A DNA stretch of 64,000 nt from Candidatus Bathyarchaeota archaeon (lineage in GTDB: Archaea; Thermoproteota; Bathyarchaeia; Bathyarchaeales; Bathycorpusculaceae), in the NCBI GenBank assembly GCA_963815095.1, contig CAWFFH010000003.1, positions 224,001 through 288,000 on the forward strand, given 5' to 3'. A program made the translations under genes and the position numbers. Below, one piece after another: positions 50,727-60,245 of the stretch (within the stretch, counting starts at the first letter, position 1; each line of letters opens with the position of its first letter). The notes below the pieces were generated by a model. The model had not been told where the DNA came from, searched no databases, and worked only from the letters and a program-made list of their open reading frames with translations.

Positions 50727-52523
50727 CTATTTTTGCCTGCGTTTTTTGTCGTAAACCAACAAACCAGCAGTCGCCAATAACACAACTACGAGAGCCATAA
50801 CGATAACAATCAATGTTGGAAAACTTTCTGACTCCGTTTCCTTACTCTGTATAGTCCCTGAAAGTTCCTGAGGGACCTCAGTTGAAGGCAACTCAATAGC
50901 ACTGAACTCATTTGGAGATAATATTGGATAGTAGTCTATGTTACGGTCAGTTATTTTGTATGCTCCTTGCGCGGTTGAGTTGTTGTCGCTCCAGAAATTG
51001 CCAACCGAACCATTGTCCCAAGCATTATAGCTGGCGGCATACTGAGGAAACACAGTGGAGTTTTCGTTGTAGCCTTCATCGCCCTTCCAAACAAATCTTC
51101 CTTTAATCGAGACTTGGACGCTGCCGTTGTTGTTGTCTATGAAATTGTTGAGGTAGAAGCTGCTATTTTTTATGTCATTGTATATTATTATGGCAAAATT
51201 GGTGTTTTGAGCGAGGTTGTTCTCTTTTGTGGTGCACCAAGAAAGGTCACCCATTCCCATCTCTATACCTGCCTTATTTTTTGATATGTCGTTTCCAGTT
51301 ATCGTAACGTTAATGCCATTTCGGAAGCATAATCCGCCCTCTCTGTTTTGCGTAATATTGTTTTTGCAAACAATTGAGTTTGACATGTCCCAGAAGTAAA
51401 CCCCATGTTGTCCATTACCCTCAAGGTAATTCCCAGTAATGTTGCATCCTGTTCCTGCTTGTATTCCACAACCACTATTTGCGATTATTAGGTTATTTGA
51501 AATAATAGCGTTTTTCGAACCGCTGATGCTGTAACCGGTGCTGTCTATTCCACCTCCGTTAGCCCTGATTAAGTTGTTTGCGATGGTCGTGTTTTCTGAA
51601 TCATATTGTTCGATCGCGTCGTTACTGTTATTGGTTAATTTATTGCCGATTATCAAGTTGTTGGAGGAGTTGCGAAGGGATACGCCGATTTCGTTATCTG
51701 TTAATGTGTTTCCGTAAACTTTGCAATTGCTCGAGTTAAAAAGGGAAATTGCCGTATATGCATATTTAATGTCCAAATTAGGAACTATTATGTTACTGCA
51801 GCCTTCAAGATGAACCATACTTGCGTCGGCTGGCACAGTTATGTTTTGTTGGTTAATTAGGTAGTAGATTGGTTTACCGTTGATTGTATTCGACACATCT
51901 ACGTCACTTTTTTCGTAGGTCAAGTCTTCAAAATTAATTGTGTTGTTTTTCATTTGGTTATTTCTGAAGAGATTTTCTGAACCGAAAAAAGTTATGCCTA
52001 TCTCGTTATTCATTACTTGGTTTCCTATGATTCTGCATTCTATGCCCCCGACGATTGATATTCCATTGGTGGTGTTTGAAATTTTACAATTATTTATAGT
52101 GCAGTTGGTCGATCGGTTGGGGTTTGGGTCATACCACAAAAAAGCTTCTGGATCCCTATAATGACCGAGCAGAATACCAGTCTCAAAATTTTCTACATTA
52201 ATGTTTTTTATGGTAACGTTGTTTTTGTCGTAAAGAGCAATACCTGTGGAATTTCCTTTTCCTTTTAATGTGAAGCCTGCTCCGTCAAGCACAATGCCAT
52301 TACGCTCGATGGTAATGTCTCCTTCTATGTTTCCCTTGAGCGTGTAGGTGGTTCCGTCTCGGGTGATGTTTGGAGCGTTGCATTCTCCGTCTGAGTAGAT
52401 TTTGTAATTCTGAAGTGTGTTTGCAAATGTTGGAGAAGCATTAATTTGGGATAGGCTGCTTTGAAACCAAATCGGTGAAGTAAACAATGCCAACGCAAAG
52501 ATTGCCAGTAGTAACTTCTTCAC
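50727..52523 (-). CDS. NosD/CASH right-handed beta-helix surface protein
   Basis: Asn-rich GI.L..SSNN.I.GN repeats, NNF..N, WDNG.VGNFWSD, D.YP, SESFP-TM-KKRR. Confidence 0.88.
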   Translation of the reverse strand: MKKLLLAIFALALFTSPIWFQSSLSQINASPTFANTLQNYKIYSDGECNAPNITRDGTTYTLKGNIEGDITIERNGIVLDGAGFTLKGKGNSTGIALYDKNNVTIKNINVENFETGILLGHYRDPEAFLWYDPNPNRSTNCTINNCKISNTTNGISIVGGIECRIIGNQVMNNEIGITFFGSENLFRNNQMKNNTINFEDLTYEKSDVDVSNTINGKPIYYLINQQNITVPADASMVHLEGCSNIIVPNLDIKYAYTAISLFNSSNCKVYGNTLTDNEIGVSLRNSSNNLIIGNKLTNNSNDAIEQYDSENTTIANNLIRANGGGIDSTGYSISGSKNAIISNNLIIANSGCGIQAGTGCNITGNYLEGNGQHGVYFWDMSNSIVCKNNITQNREGGLCFRNGINVTITGNDISKNKAGIEMGMGDLSWCTTKENNLAQNTNFAIIIYNDIKNSSFYLNNFIDNNNGSVQVSIKGRFVWKGDEGYNENSTVFPQYAASYNAWDNGSVGNFWSDNNSTAQGAYKITDRNIDYYPILSPNEFSAIELPSTEVPQELSGTIQSKETESESFPTLIVIVMALVVVLLATAGLLVYDKKRRQK

Positions 52524-52570
52524 CGCTTTGTCCTCAAGTAAACCTCACCAAGTAAATCCTTTAAAGTGTT

Positions 52571-52627
52571 TTCGTCAAGATTTCTTGACTAACCCAGAAA
52601 ATTACTTAGTCAAACTTTCTTGACTAA
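52571..52627. repeat. Tandem 8-6-8 palindromic sites, one with perfect 10-bp arms
   Basis: TTCGTCAA-gatttc-TTGACTAA and ACTTAGTCAA-actttc-TTGACTAAGT. The second overlaps the stop of the 52610 gene. Confidence 0.85.
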
Positions 52628-53413
52628 GTTGAATTTATGTTTTTTGTGGCAAACTAACAAACCAGCAGCCACCAAGGCAACTGCTACAGTAAAAACAGCG
52701 ACAACAGGCACAACAGTAAAAGACTCTGGTTTAGCAATAGCTACGGTGAAGCTGATTGTTTCAGACGCGCCCATATTCCCATAGGTATCGTTAGCATAGA
52801 CAGTAACGTTGTGCAACCCATTTGGCAAACCATTGAGGGTGAAATTGCCGCTGATGGTGCTGTTTTTTTGGCCGTCGAGGCTGTAGCCTGTCCAATTAAC
52901 TTTATCGACTGTGAACATCAAGGGTACGTTTGTTTCTGTGTATGTCTGATTTATGGGTGATAGCGCCTGGATCTTGGGCGTGGTTGTTTCCACTATGAAG
53001 TGGACTGTTTCACTATCCCAGCAACTGGGTCCGGTTACCCAGTGGGCTTCCACATAGACAGATAATGTGTGTGGTCCGTCGGAGAGCTCTGGGAGCATCA
53101 CAGATCCAATCACTCGGTTCTTGCTCCATATCATCGAAGGAGAGACCACAAGTGACACATTGATGTTGGGTGTTCCGTCCAGACTGTAGGTAGCTGATAA
53201 ATGAATTGGTGAGAAGAGCTTGGTTGAAAAACTGATGTTAAGCGTGACTATTCTTGAACTGTATGTGGTGTTGACTGGAAACAATATGTAAGGTCCTGTT
53301 GCAAGGCGGGTTCCACTGTCATCAAATATGTCCGCTTTGATGGGGAGAGTCAAGGCTGAAGCTAACAAGAAAAGCGCCACGACGAATGCTAAGGCTAATG
53401 TTATTCCCTTCAT
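52610..53413 (-). CDS. Surface protein with two Ig-like repeats and PESF-TM anchor
   Basis: ATG at 53413, signal peptide, YSLDG twice, KPESF-TM-KKHK. Confidence 0.82.
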   Translation of the reverse strand: MKGITLALAFVVALFLLASALTLPIKADIFDDSGTRLATGPYILFPVNTTYSSRIVTLNISFSTKLFSPIHLSATYSLDGTPNINVSLVVSPSMIWSKNRVIGSVMLPELSDGPHTLSVYVEAHWVTGPSCWDSETVHFIVETTTPKIQALSPINQTYTETNVPLMFTVDKVNWTGYSLDGQKNSTISGNFTLNGLPNGLHNVTVYANDTYGNMGASETISFTVAIAKPESFTVVPVVAVFTVAVALVAAGLLVCHKKHKFNLVKKV

Positions 53414-53447
53414 AGTTTCCAGATGAAGTGAGCTCTTAGATGCATTT

Positions 53448-53507
53448 AGCTCTCCCCAGAGAACAGCCTGTTCCGCTAAGAGAACGCTTCGTTCCTCTAA
53501 AAGAGTA
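53448..53507. repeat. Three tandem GTTC-N8-GAAC-like palindromes, 21-bp period
   Basis: AGCTCT-N6-AGAACA, TGTTCC-N6-AGAACG, CGTTCC-N6-AGAGTA between divergent starts 53413 and 53547. Confidence 0.6.
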
Positions 53508-53546
53508 ATATACATCTTACTGCAGCGATATTAATTGTGAAAAGAC

Positions 53547-53655
53547 ATGAATAAAATAGCTCTTGTGCTAACAATGGTAGTAATTATCTGTTTGATTTCT
53601 GCTGCCATAGTTGCTTACAATCAGTTATTTTGTCAGTCTCAGTACTTTCGAGGGG
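53547..53655 (+). pseudogene. 5' stub (signal peptide) of a truncated secreted-protein gene
   Basis: MNKIALVLTMVVIICLISAAIVAYNQLF then runs directly into the antisense of the neighbour's TM anchor. Confidence 0.5.
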
Positions 53656-54877
53656 ATAAACCAACAAACCAACAACCACCAATGCAACCACTGCCACAGA
53701 AACAGCTAATACAGTTACAGTTGGAAAAACTTTTACGTTAAAGTGCAGTGTGTTTGGAGCACTGAAAATTCCATATTGATCCTTTGCGTAAATAGTCACA
53801 TTATGTTCTCCACTGGGCAAGTTATCCAAAGCAAGTGATACATTTGAGTCTGTTAGTTACATTGGCTTGATTATCTAAAGAGTAAAGAATTTGTGAAACA
53901 GGTTTATTCACAGAAAAATCCAGCACAACCTTAGCGGTATCATAGGTTTTGTTTTGGATCGTTGTAAAAGAAATTGTTGGAAGGATACTATCTATCGTAA
54001 AATTAACTGATGCAGAGCTGCCAATGTCATAAACATAAGAGGTGTTTTCAGATACAAAATTTCCCGCTCCAGCAGCAAAAACGGTTATTGTATGATTTCC
54101 CTCAGACATTCCAGTTAAAGAATCATTGAAGAAATTAGTTGAAGAGGTATTGTTTAAGTGGTATTCGGAGTTATTATTTTTTTCCCAAGCGACTTGGTAC
54201 CAGACGTCAGTAAGGACCGATGCATCTTTTGATGTGGTGGCTTTGAATGATAAAGAAACATTGTTGGCGGTAAAGATTGTGCTGTTTGGAGAGTATATTA
54301 TAATTTTGGGCGGTATAGCGCCTTCTGGTGCAGATACAGACCCGCCCCAAGCATATTGGTCATCGTTTACGTAGAATATTATCCTTGACGAATTACCTAT
54401 AACCGTATTGTGTGTGTAATCGTCAGTCCAATAATCGTATTGTCCTTCCGCGCTAACAGACATTGTATGTAATCCTTGAGAAAGCCCATTCAGCGGTAAT
54501 ATGTAGTTTAAAGTTGCTGGAATTGGATGTTCGGATAATCCGGTGTAGTTGTCGTTTGCAGGAATTGTAACAGGTGGTTGTCCATCTATGCTGTATCGAA
54601 TATAGTTTACTTTACCTTGGCAATCATAGTTGTAGAGAATTGCTCCTGAAGTAAACCATGATGCGGGTTTGGTTACTGTTAACTTTAGCTCAAAGTCTGG
54701 ACCGTAAACGTGGTTTTTTAGTGGATTTAAGACTGTGATTGAGAGTGGAGTAAAATCTGGGCCTGAATTCATAACTGGCCCCATTTGAGCAAAAGCACTG
54801 TCCAAAATTGATAACTGCGCTATCATCAATAACAGGAGCACTGAAAAGAACGTTATCACTACAGCTTTTCTATTCAT
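53584..54877 (-). pseudogene. Ig-like-repeat surface protein, frameshifted near 53858 and 3'-truncated
   Basis: 53822..54877 (YSIDG/YSLD repeats) continues in the 53584..53829 frame (LPSGEHNVTIYAKD...VFP-TM). The basic tail after the TM is lost. Confidence 0.75.
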
Positions 54878-54921
54878 ACATACCTAACTTTACTTTTGAA
54901 TTGCCTGACCTTAAAAGACTT

Positions 54922-54976
54922 CTTGTCAAGGAACCTGAACTAAACCCGTTTTTCTAAGTCAAGAATTCTGGACTAA
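54922..54976. repeat. Tandem 8-6-8 palindromic sites
   Basis: CTTGTCAA-ggaacc-TGAACTAA and TAAGTCAA-gaattc-TGGACTAA, adjacent to the TATA of the 54877 gene. Confidence 0.85.
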
Positions 54977-55085
54977 CAGTCATTTGGAAAATACTCATTT
55001 ACCAAAGGCCTTCATTTTCATCATAACTGAATATTAAAAAACTTATAACGGGCTTTTTACCTAATCTCAATTGGAAGTTATTGAT

Positions 55086-55253
55086 ATGGATGGTCCTCAA
55101 TTGCCAGTTACTCCCAGGCTGTGTGATAATGTTGCTTCTCCATGTTCAAGATGTGACAATGCAGGAGAAGAGGGACCAAAAGACCCTATACTTTGCGAAA
55201 AATGTGAAAAATTCAAAACTTGGGAAGAAAAAGAGTGCTCTCCAATAGATTAG
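55086..55253 (+). CDS. Small Cys-rich protein
   Basis: C, CSRC, CEKC, C; TTATAA upstream. Confidence 0.5.
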   Translation: MDGPQLPVTPRLCDNVASPCSRCDNAGEEGPKDPILCEKCEKFKTWEEKECSPID

Positions 55254-55294
55254 TTCTATTGAGACACAACAAGCATTCCAATTTTTGTTTAGGG

Positions 55295-55741
55295 TTATTC
55301 GGGATTAGCTATGCTTGGGTGGATTTCAAACGAGTAAGTTATAGGCACAGTTCCTTTCAACATTCCGCCCACCGAACAATACGTCTCCATAGATAAGTCA
55401 ATGGCTCTTTTGACTGCCTCTGAACTCACATTTTCGCCTCTAATTATATATTTCAAATGAATTTTTGTAAAGATATTTGGGGGAGGATCATCCCTTCTTT
55501 CCGCTATGGCTTCAACTGAGTAACCTGTTACTTTTTGTCGTTTCTTTTTAAGAACTATTAAAACGTCATAACTGCTGCATGCCGCTAAGCTTGCAAGCAC
55601 ATTTTCCATGGGGGTTAAAGCAGTTTCTTCACCGCCAAATTCTTGTGATGCATCAAACCTAACAGAAAGTCCTTTTTCGTTTTTTGCGATCAAACGGTAA
55701 TTGCGTTCCCAATCAAGAAATATTTTCTTTGTAGAAGTCAT
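55295..55741 (-). CDS. OsmC/Ohr family protein (YhfA-like)
   Basis: D.....GG.....PME..L.SLAAC, F..I.L.Y, YCSV. Confidence 0.9.
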   Translation of the reverse strand: MTSTKKIFLDWERNYRLIAKNEKGLSVRFDASQEFGGEETALTPMENVLASLAACSSYDVLIVLKKKRQKVTGYSVEAIAERRDDPPPNIFTKIHLKYIIRGENVSSEAVKRAIDLSMETYCSVGGMLKGTVPITYSFEIHPSIANPE

Positions 55742-55892
55742 AGTTTCTGTTAGGTGAAATTTGACTAAAAACCTTTGCCTTTCAGGCACTGGGTCTTTTG
55801 AATAGGTAGAATTTTCAGTAATAGAGAGTGCTTTCTTTGTACATTTAGAAAGTGTAAAAGAAGATTGAAGTAGCAGCTCGAATTTATGAGAT

Positions 55893-56333
55893 TTAGATTT
55901 TGTTTCGTTTTTGGTCTATTACTTTTTTCGCTAAAGCCACTGCATCTTCTCTTGTTTTGCCATATAATGCACCGATTTTGTCGGCATCCTCTTTGTCTAC
56001 AGCAGCCCCGCCTATCATAACTACAACTTTGTTCTTTAGCCCTTCAGCTTCTAAGGCAGAAATCAGTTTTAGAAGATTCTCTTTAGCACCAGAAATGCTA
56101 ACAGTAACAACAATTATGTCAGCGTTTGTCTCTTTGATCTTTGAAACAAATTCTGCAACAGAAACACCTTTTCCGACATCTACTGTCTTAAACTGAGCCG
56201 TTTTTAGTGATTTTCTAACCATCTCTTTAGCAGTATCTATCATGTCGGGATGGAGAGTACCTATAACAATTGTTCCGATGGGATTGGCTGGTTCGGCTGG
56301 CTCTTTTTCTCTCATAGCTTTTAACCAAGACAT
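55893..56333 (-). CDS. Standalone cobalamin-binding-domain protein lacking the axial His
   Basis: GTIVIGT...D..D..K..V...L....F..VD.G..V, ADI, VMIGGA, ADKIGA. DxHxxG reads DMIDTA. Confidence 0.8.
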   Translation of the reverse strand: MSWLKAMREKEPAEPANPIGTIVIGTLHPDMIDTAKEMVRKSLKTAQFKTVDVGKGVSVAEFVSKIKETNADIIVVTVSISGAKENLLKLISALEAEGLKNKVVVMIGGAAVDKEDADKIGALYGKTREDAVALAKKVIDQKRNKI

Positions 56334-56559
56334 AAAAAAATCAAATCCACCATATTCTCTTGCTACTATTCTTAAGATATTGTGTTAAAACTATATAATT
56401 AATCATTTGCAAACGTACAAAGAGGCTATTCAAATAGTTACATAGCTACTGAAATGACACCTATGAAATACGCATTTTGTTTGTGTTGCGCTCTGTTTGC
56501 GCGGTTTTGCTTCAAGCAACGTTTTTATTTTCGCAGCAGTTTTTTAGTTTGGTGATTGT

Positions 56560-56877
56560 TTGCCTTATTGCGTCAAGTGTGGAGCTCCATTAAAGGAAGG
56601 CGACAAGTTTTGCACTGTTTGCGGCACTGCAGTTCCTAAGTTTTCACGTGAAGAGTATACTGTTTCTGGAAAAAATCTTGTTGACCGTGTTGGAGAGTTG
56701 TTGCATGAAGGAAATGTGACACGTATAATCGTTAAGGATGAAGCAGGAAAAACTTTGTTAGAAATTCCAGCAACGGTGGGTGTAGTTGGAGTCGTTGTTG
56801 CGCCTTGGTTGGCAGCTTTGGGTGTCGTTGCTGCTTTAGTTACAAATTGTAAAATTGTGGTTGAAAGAAGAGAATAA
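56560..56877 (+). CDS. Zinc-ribbon plus DUF4342 protein
   Basis: YCVKCG...FCTVCG, then V.ELLHEGNVTRI.VK...LLEIP.TVG. Confidence 0.85.
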   Translation: MPYCVKCGAPLKEGDKFCTVCGTAVPKFSREEYTVSGKNLVDRVGELLHEGNVTRIIVKDEAGKTLLEIPATVGVVGVVVAPWLAALGVVAALVTNCKIVVERRE

Positions 56878-56883
56878 GGTTGC

Positions 56884-57084
56884 TTATTCTGGCGGTTTAA
56901 CCAGAAGCAGGAAAATGCCCAAAAGCATTAAAATGACACTCAATGTGCCGAAAAGCAAGCCAAACGGACCCAAACCGGCGCTTGTGGCCGTAAAGTAAAG
57001 CATTATTGCACCAATTGCTATTAGGAGTAATCCGAAGAGTCTTTCGATTAAGGATACCCAGAATGTGTCGCCTTCTTCACTCAT
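56884..57084 (-). CDS. Small two-TM protein
   Basis: 66 aa with two hydrophobic helices. Confidence 0.6.
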   Translation of the reverse strand: MSEEGDTFWVSLIERLFGLLLIAIGAIMLYFTATSAGLGPFGLLFGTLSVILMLLGIFLLLVKPPE

Positions 57085-57248
57085 GACATTTTTTCTTCCT
57101 TGCGTAATTTCTTATGTGTTTCTTTCATATAAACAAGAGGAGTTATTTTAAATTTTGCTGGAAAAATAACGGCTCCTCTAACAAGGATATTCTGTTTTAC
57201 TCGTACAAACAATCAAAGCATTATTTCGCAAAATAGAAATTAAGGAAA

Positions 57249-58691
57249 TCAAATAGACTCAATTAATTTCTGAGATTTTATTTTCTTAACCTCAGTAAGG
57301 ATTCTATTCAAAATTTCCTCATCCCCTAAAACTCCACTTGGAGCGTTGACAACTATCTTAAGCGGAAGAGGTACACGATCCATACGATAAGCAGTTCCGT
57401 CCATTTCAATACCCGCAACCGCAGCTGAAAAAACCACATCAGCCATTAATGACGAGGCATTCAGGTGAGGATCAATAACGATAAGTGGATTCTTAACAAG
57501 ATGCTCTACAGCAACCTTTGGAAAACCAGCCACAGGATCTGAAGCAACAGCTAAAAAAGCATCAGACTCATGACGCGTAAGGATCTCAACTACAGAGGTT
57601 TCTCCCGGATTATATCTTGGGTAACCAAGAGAAAAATCAACACCAAAAGGAAAACCAGTTTGCCAAGTTAAAACCATATTTGCGCCAGTGACATTAAAAT
57701 GTCCTCTCATGGGCATCATTGCAAATTTTGTGCGAGAATTAAGATCCCGAACCAATTCAATAGCAGCCTCTATATTTCGAGATTTGCCTTCACTCTGAGC
57801 TAACCCCATGCCAAAGAAAAGCACCCCAAAGTTGCAGTTTACCAAAACCTCAGCAACTTCACTGAGATATTTAATCGGAATCCCAGCCACGGTATCAACA
57901 TCAATTTCTTGATCATTAACCTGCATTCGCAAGGCCTGAATAAGCTCAAAGTCTTTGTTGGGTTCTATTTGAAGAAAGAAATTTGCCATTGCAGCAGTCG
58001 AGGTTTTGCGAACGTCAACAACTATAAGCTTGCGAGCTTCCTTACTCAAAGTTTGAGGCAAAGAATTAGGATCAGAGTTATCCGTTTGAAACTGAGTTGG
58101 AGACTTCGCTAAGTCTATAGCTTGATTAACTTCTACATTGTTTTGATCAGAATGTACTTTCCGTTGGCTCTCTTCAAATCTTCCTTCAGAAAAGATAGTG
58201 TATCTTTGCATGTGTCTTGGGTGGGAACTCAACGGATCACAACCCCAATAGAGGATAAGATCAGCTCGGTGTCTAACCTCTCCTAAAGTGCAAGAAGGAA
58301 TACCTTCTTCTTGCATACCTAAAACTGATGGTCCATGACAAACAGTTGAAGTATTATCAAAAACACCGCCAACTAGCTCCGCCAATTCTATACCAATCCG
58401 CTGAGCCTCACAACTTGTACTACTCCAACCGTACAGTATGGGATAGTTCGCGTTAGCAAGAATTTCAGCAGACTTATGAATGGCTTCATCAAACGGAACT
58501 TCAACTAACACGCCGTTTTTCCTTATTAGGGGCTTTTGAATCCTGTGTGCATTGTTATAATTTAGGAATTTAGCGTTGCTAAGAACGCATCCATTTTTGT
58601 TTTTTATTATTTTTCCGTTTTCAACGGTTAATTCGATATCGTCGCACAAGCAACCGCAAAAGGGACAAGCTACAGAACTAATTATTTTCAG
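57249..58691 (-). CDS. fwdB: Formylmethanofuran dehydrogenase subunit B (Mo/W-bisPGD)
   Basis: CPFCGCLCDD (upstream of the track start), YGWSST.CEAQ, TVCHGPS, CTLGEVR.RAD, HPRH..RY, MRGHFNV.G, GTAYRMD.VP. Start probably CTG at 58691. Confidence 0.92.
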   Translation of the reverse strand: MKIISSVACPFCGCLCDDIELTVENGKIIKNKNGCVLSNAKFLNYNNAHRIQKPLIRKNGVLVEVPFDEAIHKSAEILANANYPILYGWSSTSCEAQRIGIELAELVGGVFDNTSTVCHGPSVLGMQEEGIPSCTLGEVRHRADLILYWGCDPLSSHPRHMQRYTIFSEGRFEESQRKVHSDQNNVEVNQAIDLAKSPTQFQTDNSDPNSLPQTLSKEARKLIVVDVRKTSTAAMANFFLQIEPNKDFELIQALRMQVNDQEIDVDTVAGIPIKYLSEVAEVLVNCNFGVLFFGMGLAQSEGKSRNIEAAIELVRDLNSRTKFAMMPMRGHFNVTGANMVLTWQTGFPFGVDFSLGYPRYNPGETSVVEILTRHESDAFLAVASDPVAGFPKVAVEHLVKNPLIVIDPHLNASSLMADVVFSAAVAGIEMDGTAYRMDRVPLPLKIVVNAPSGVLGDEEILNRILTEVKKIKSQKLIESI

Positions 58692-58822
58692 TTTAAGCGA
58701 CCACGCCTATTCAATTTACTGCACTCAATCCAATAGTAAATACGTTTGTTGAATAAATAACTAAGTACTACCACGGCAATTTCCAATATAATTTTTAATT
58801 AGTTTACAAAAACCTGCGATAA

Positions 58823-60202
58823 TTAGTCTAAACAAACATGTACTTTGGTTTTTCGACGCTTAAAAACCAATGCAACAAAGAGCAGTGAAAGAAGCAAAGG
58901 CACAACTACAAACCATGATAACTCCCTAACGGTGGGAGTTGGCGATGAGGTTGGCGTTTGTGATGGGAGTTCTGATGGAATTAGGATTATTTGAGGCTGA
59001 GGAGGAAGGTTTTGAGTCCATTGTGGCAAGTAAATTGGAACGTCGTCGATATTGACTTGATTTGTTAATGGAAAATTATCTTGTCCGAAGATAATGCTTG
59101 TATAGTTGATAGTCCCGTGCTCATATACTGTCTCGTTGAGCAAATAGGGAGTATCCCATATGCCATCCCCGTTCAAATCAATATCTTTGTATTCTTCCCA
59201 GAAATTGCCGCGTGTTCCGTTATCCCAATAATTCGTTTCAGGTCCATTTGGGAAGTATTGCCTGAAGTTAGGGTCGCTGTACTGGTCGTAAATGTAGTCA
59301 TGTCTCCAAGATGGGTTTCCCATGAAGTTGTTGAGAAAGAACTCATTTCTTGACGACATACCTAAACTAATGCTATGGGTTAGTGAGTCATTAATGGTGT
59401 TTGCTTGAACTATATTGTCTAAAGAGTACCAGAACCTAAATCCCATTTGGTAGCCTGAAATTCGGTTTTTATAAAAATAGTTGTTATTGCTCCAAGTCAT
59501 GTCTATGCCACTGTAGCCAAGTGAGCTGCTCAAAATGCTGTTAGCTAGAATTACAGTGTCTGTTGTATTAGCTAAGCCAATAGTCTGTTGGACATTATTG
59601 TTTTCTACAAGGTTAAATGATCCGTATAAATAGATGTTTTCTAACGTATTACCTCTGGCTTGGTTATGGTTTCCGTTGAGTTGAACCAGTCCACGCACTG
59701 AACTATCAATTATTTGGGTATACGAACCGTTAACTTGAAGCCCAGTTGAGTAGCCAGAAATTACATTGCAACCAACAACCTGCAGCTGATCGCCCCTTAC
59801 AGAAAGATCTCCGCCTGGGTCATGCATAATTATTGTTAAGTTTTGGAATTTGCATCCGTCAGCTAAGACGGTTATGCCATCTGAATAGTCATAAAGTCCA
59901 GTTGTGAAAATCCAAGTCACATTGAAGGCTGGAAATAAAGTAATTATAACGCCTTGTGTACTTTCCCCGATAATAGTTAACGTTTTATCAATTATTATTG
60001 TCTGGTTAATTGGTCCGTTGTAGTTACCATTTCTAAAATAAATTGTGTCACCGCTAGTTGAATTTCCTATAGCTGAGGTAATGGTTGAATAATCATCTGG
60101 AACAATAATTGTTTTAGTTTGGGCTTTGACCGTGATGGATTGGGGCAAAAATAATGGAGGAAGAAACAGCAGAATAAGTAGCAATACTAAACTTCTTTTC
60201 AT
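58823..60202 (-). CDS. NosD/CASH beta-helix surface protein
   Basis: IIVPDDY.TI..AI, Asn-rich repeats, WDNG.RGNFW..Y...D.NGDGIWDTPY, D.FPL, P/T linker, TM+KRRK. Confidence 0.87.
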   Translation of the reverse strand: MKRSLVLLLILLFLPPLFLPQSITVKAQTKTIIVPDDYSTITSAIGNSTSGDTIYFRNGNYNGPINQTIIIDKTLTIIGESTQGVIITLFPAFNVTWIFTTGLYDYSDGITVLADGCKFQNLTIIMHDPGGDLSVRGDQLQVVGCNVISGYSTGLQVNGSYTQIIDSSVRGLVQLNGNHNQARGNTLENIYLYGSFNLVENNNVQQTIGLANTTDTVILANSILSSSLGYSGIDMTWSNNNYFYKNRISGYQMGFRFWYSLDNIVQANTINDSLTHSISLGMSSRNEFFLNNFMGNPSWRHDYIYDQYSDPNFRQYFPNGPETNYWDNGTRGNFWEEYKDIDLNGDGIWDTPYLLNETVYEHGTINYTSIIFGQDNFPLTNQVNIDDVPIYLPQWTQNLPPQPQIILIPSELPSQTPTSSPTPTVRELSWFVVVPLLLSLLFVALVFKRRKTKVHVCLD

Positions 60203-60245
60203 TTTGACCTGATTCAAAAGTAAATGTGTTTTCCATAAAAGCTTT

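Noticed and set aside
48860-54980. Repeats as a CRISPR array or classical integron attC sites
   Set aside because: Copies are kilobases apart with whole genes between them, there is no cas or intI gene, and no clear RYYYAAC...GTTRRRY hairpin with extrahelical bases.
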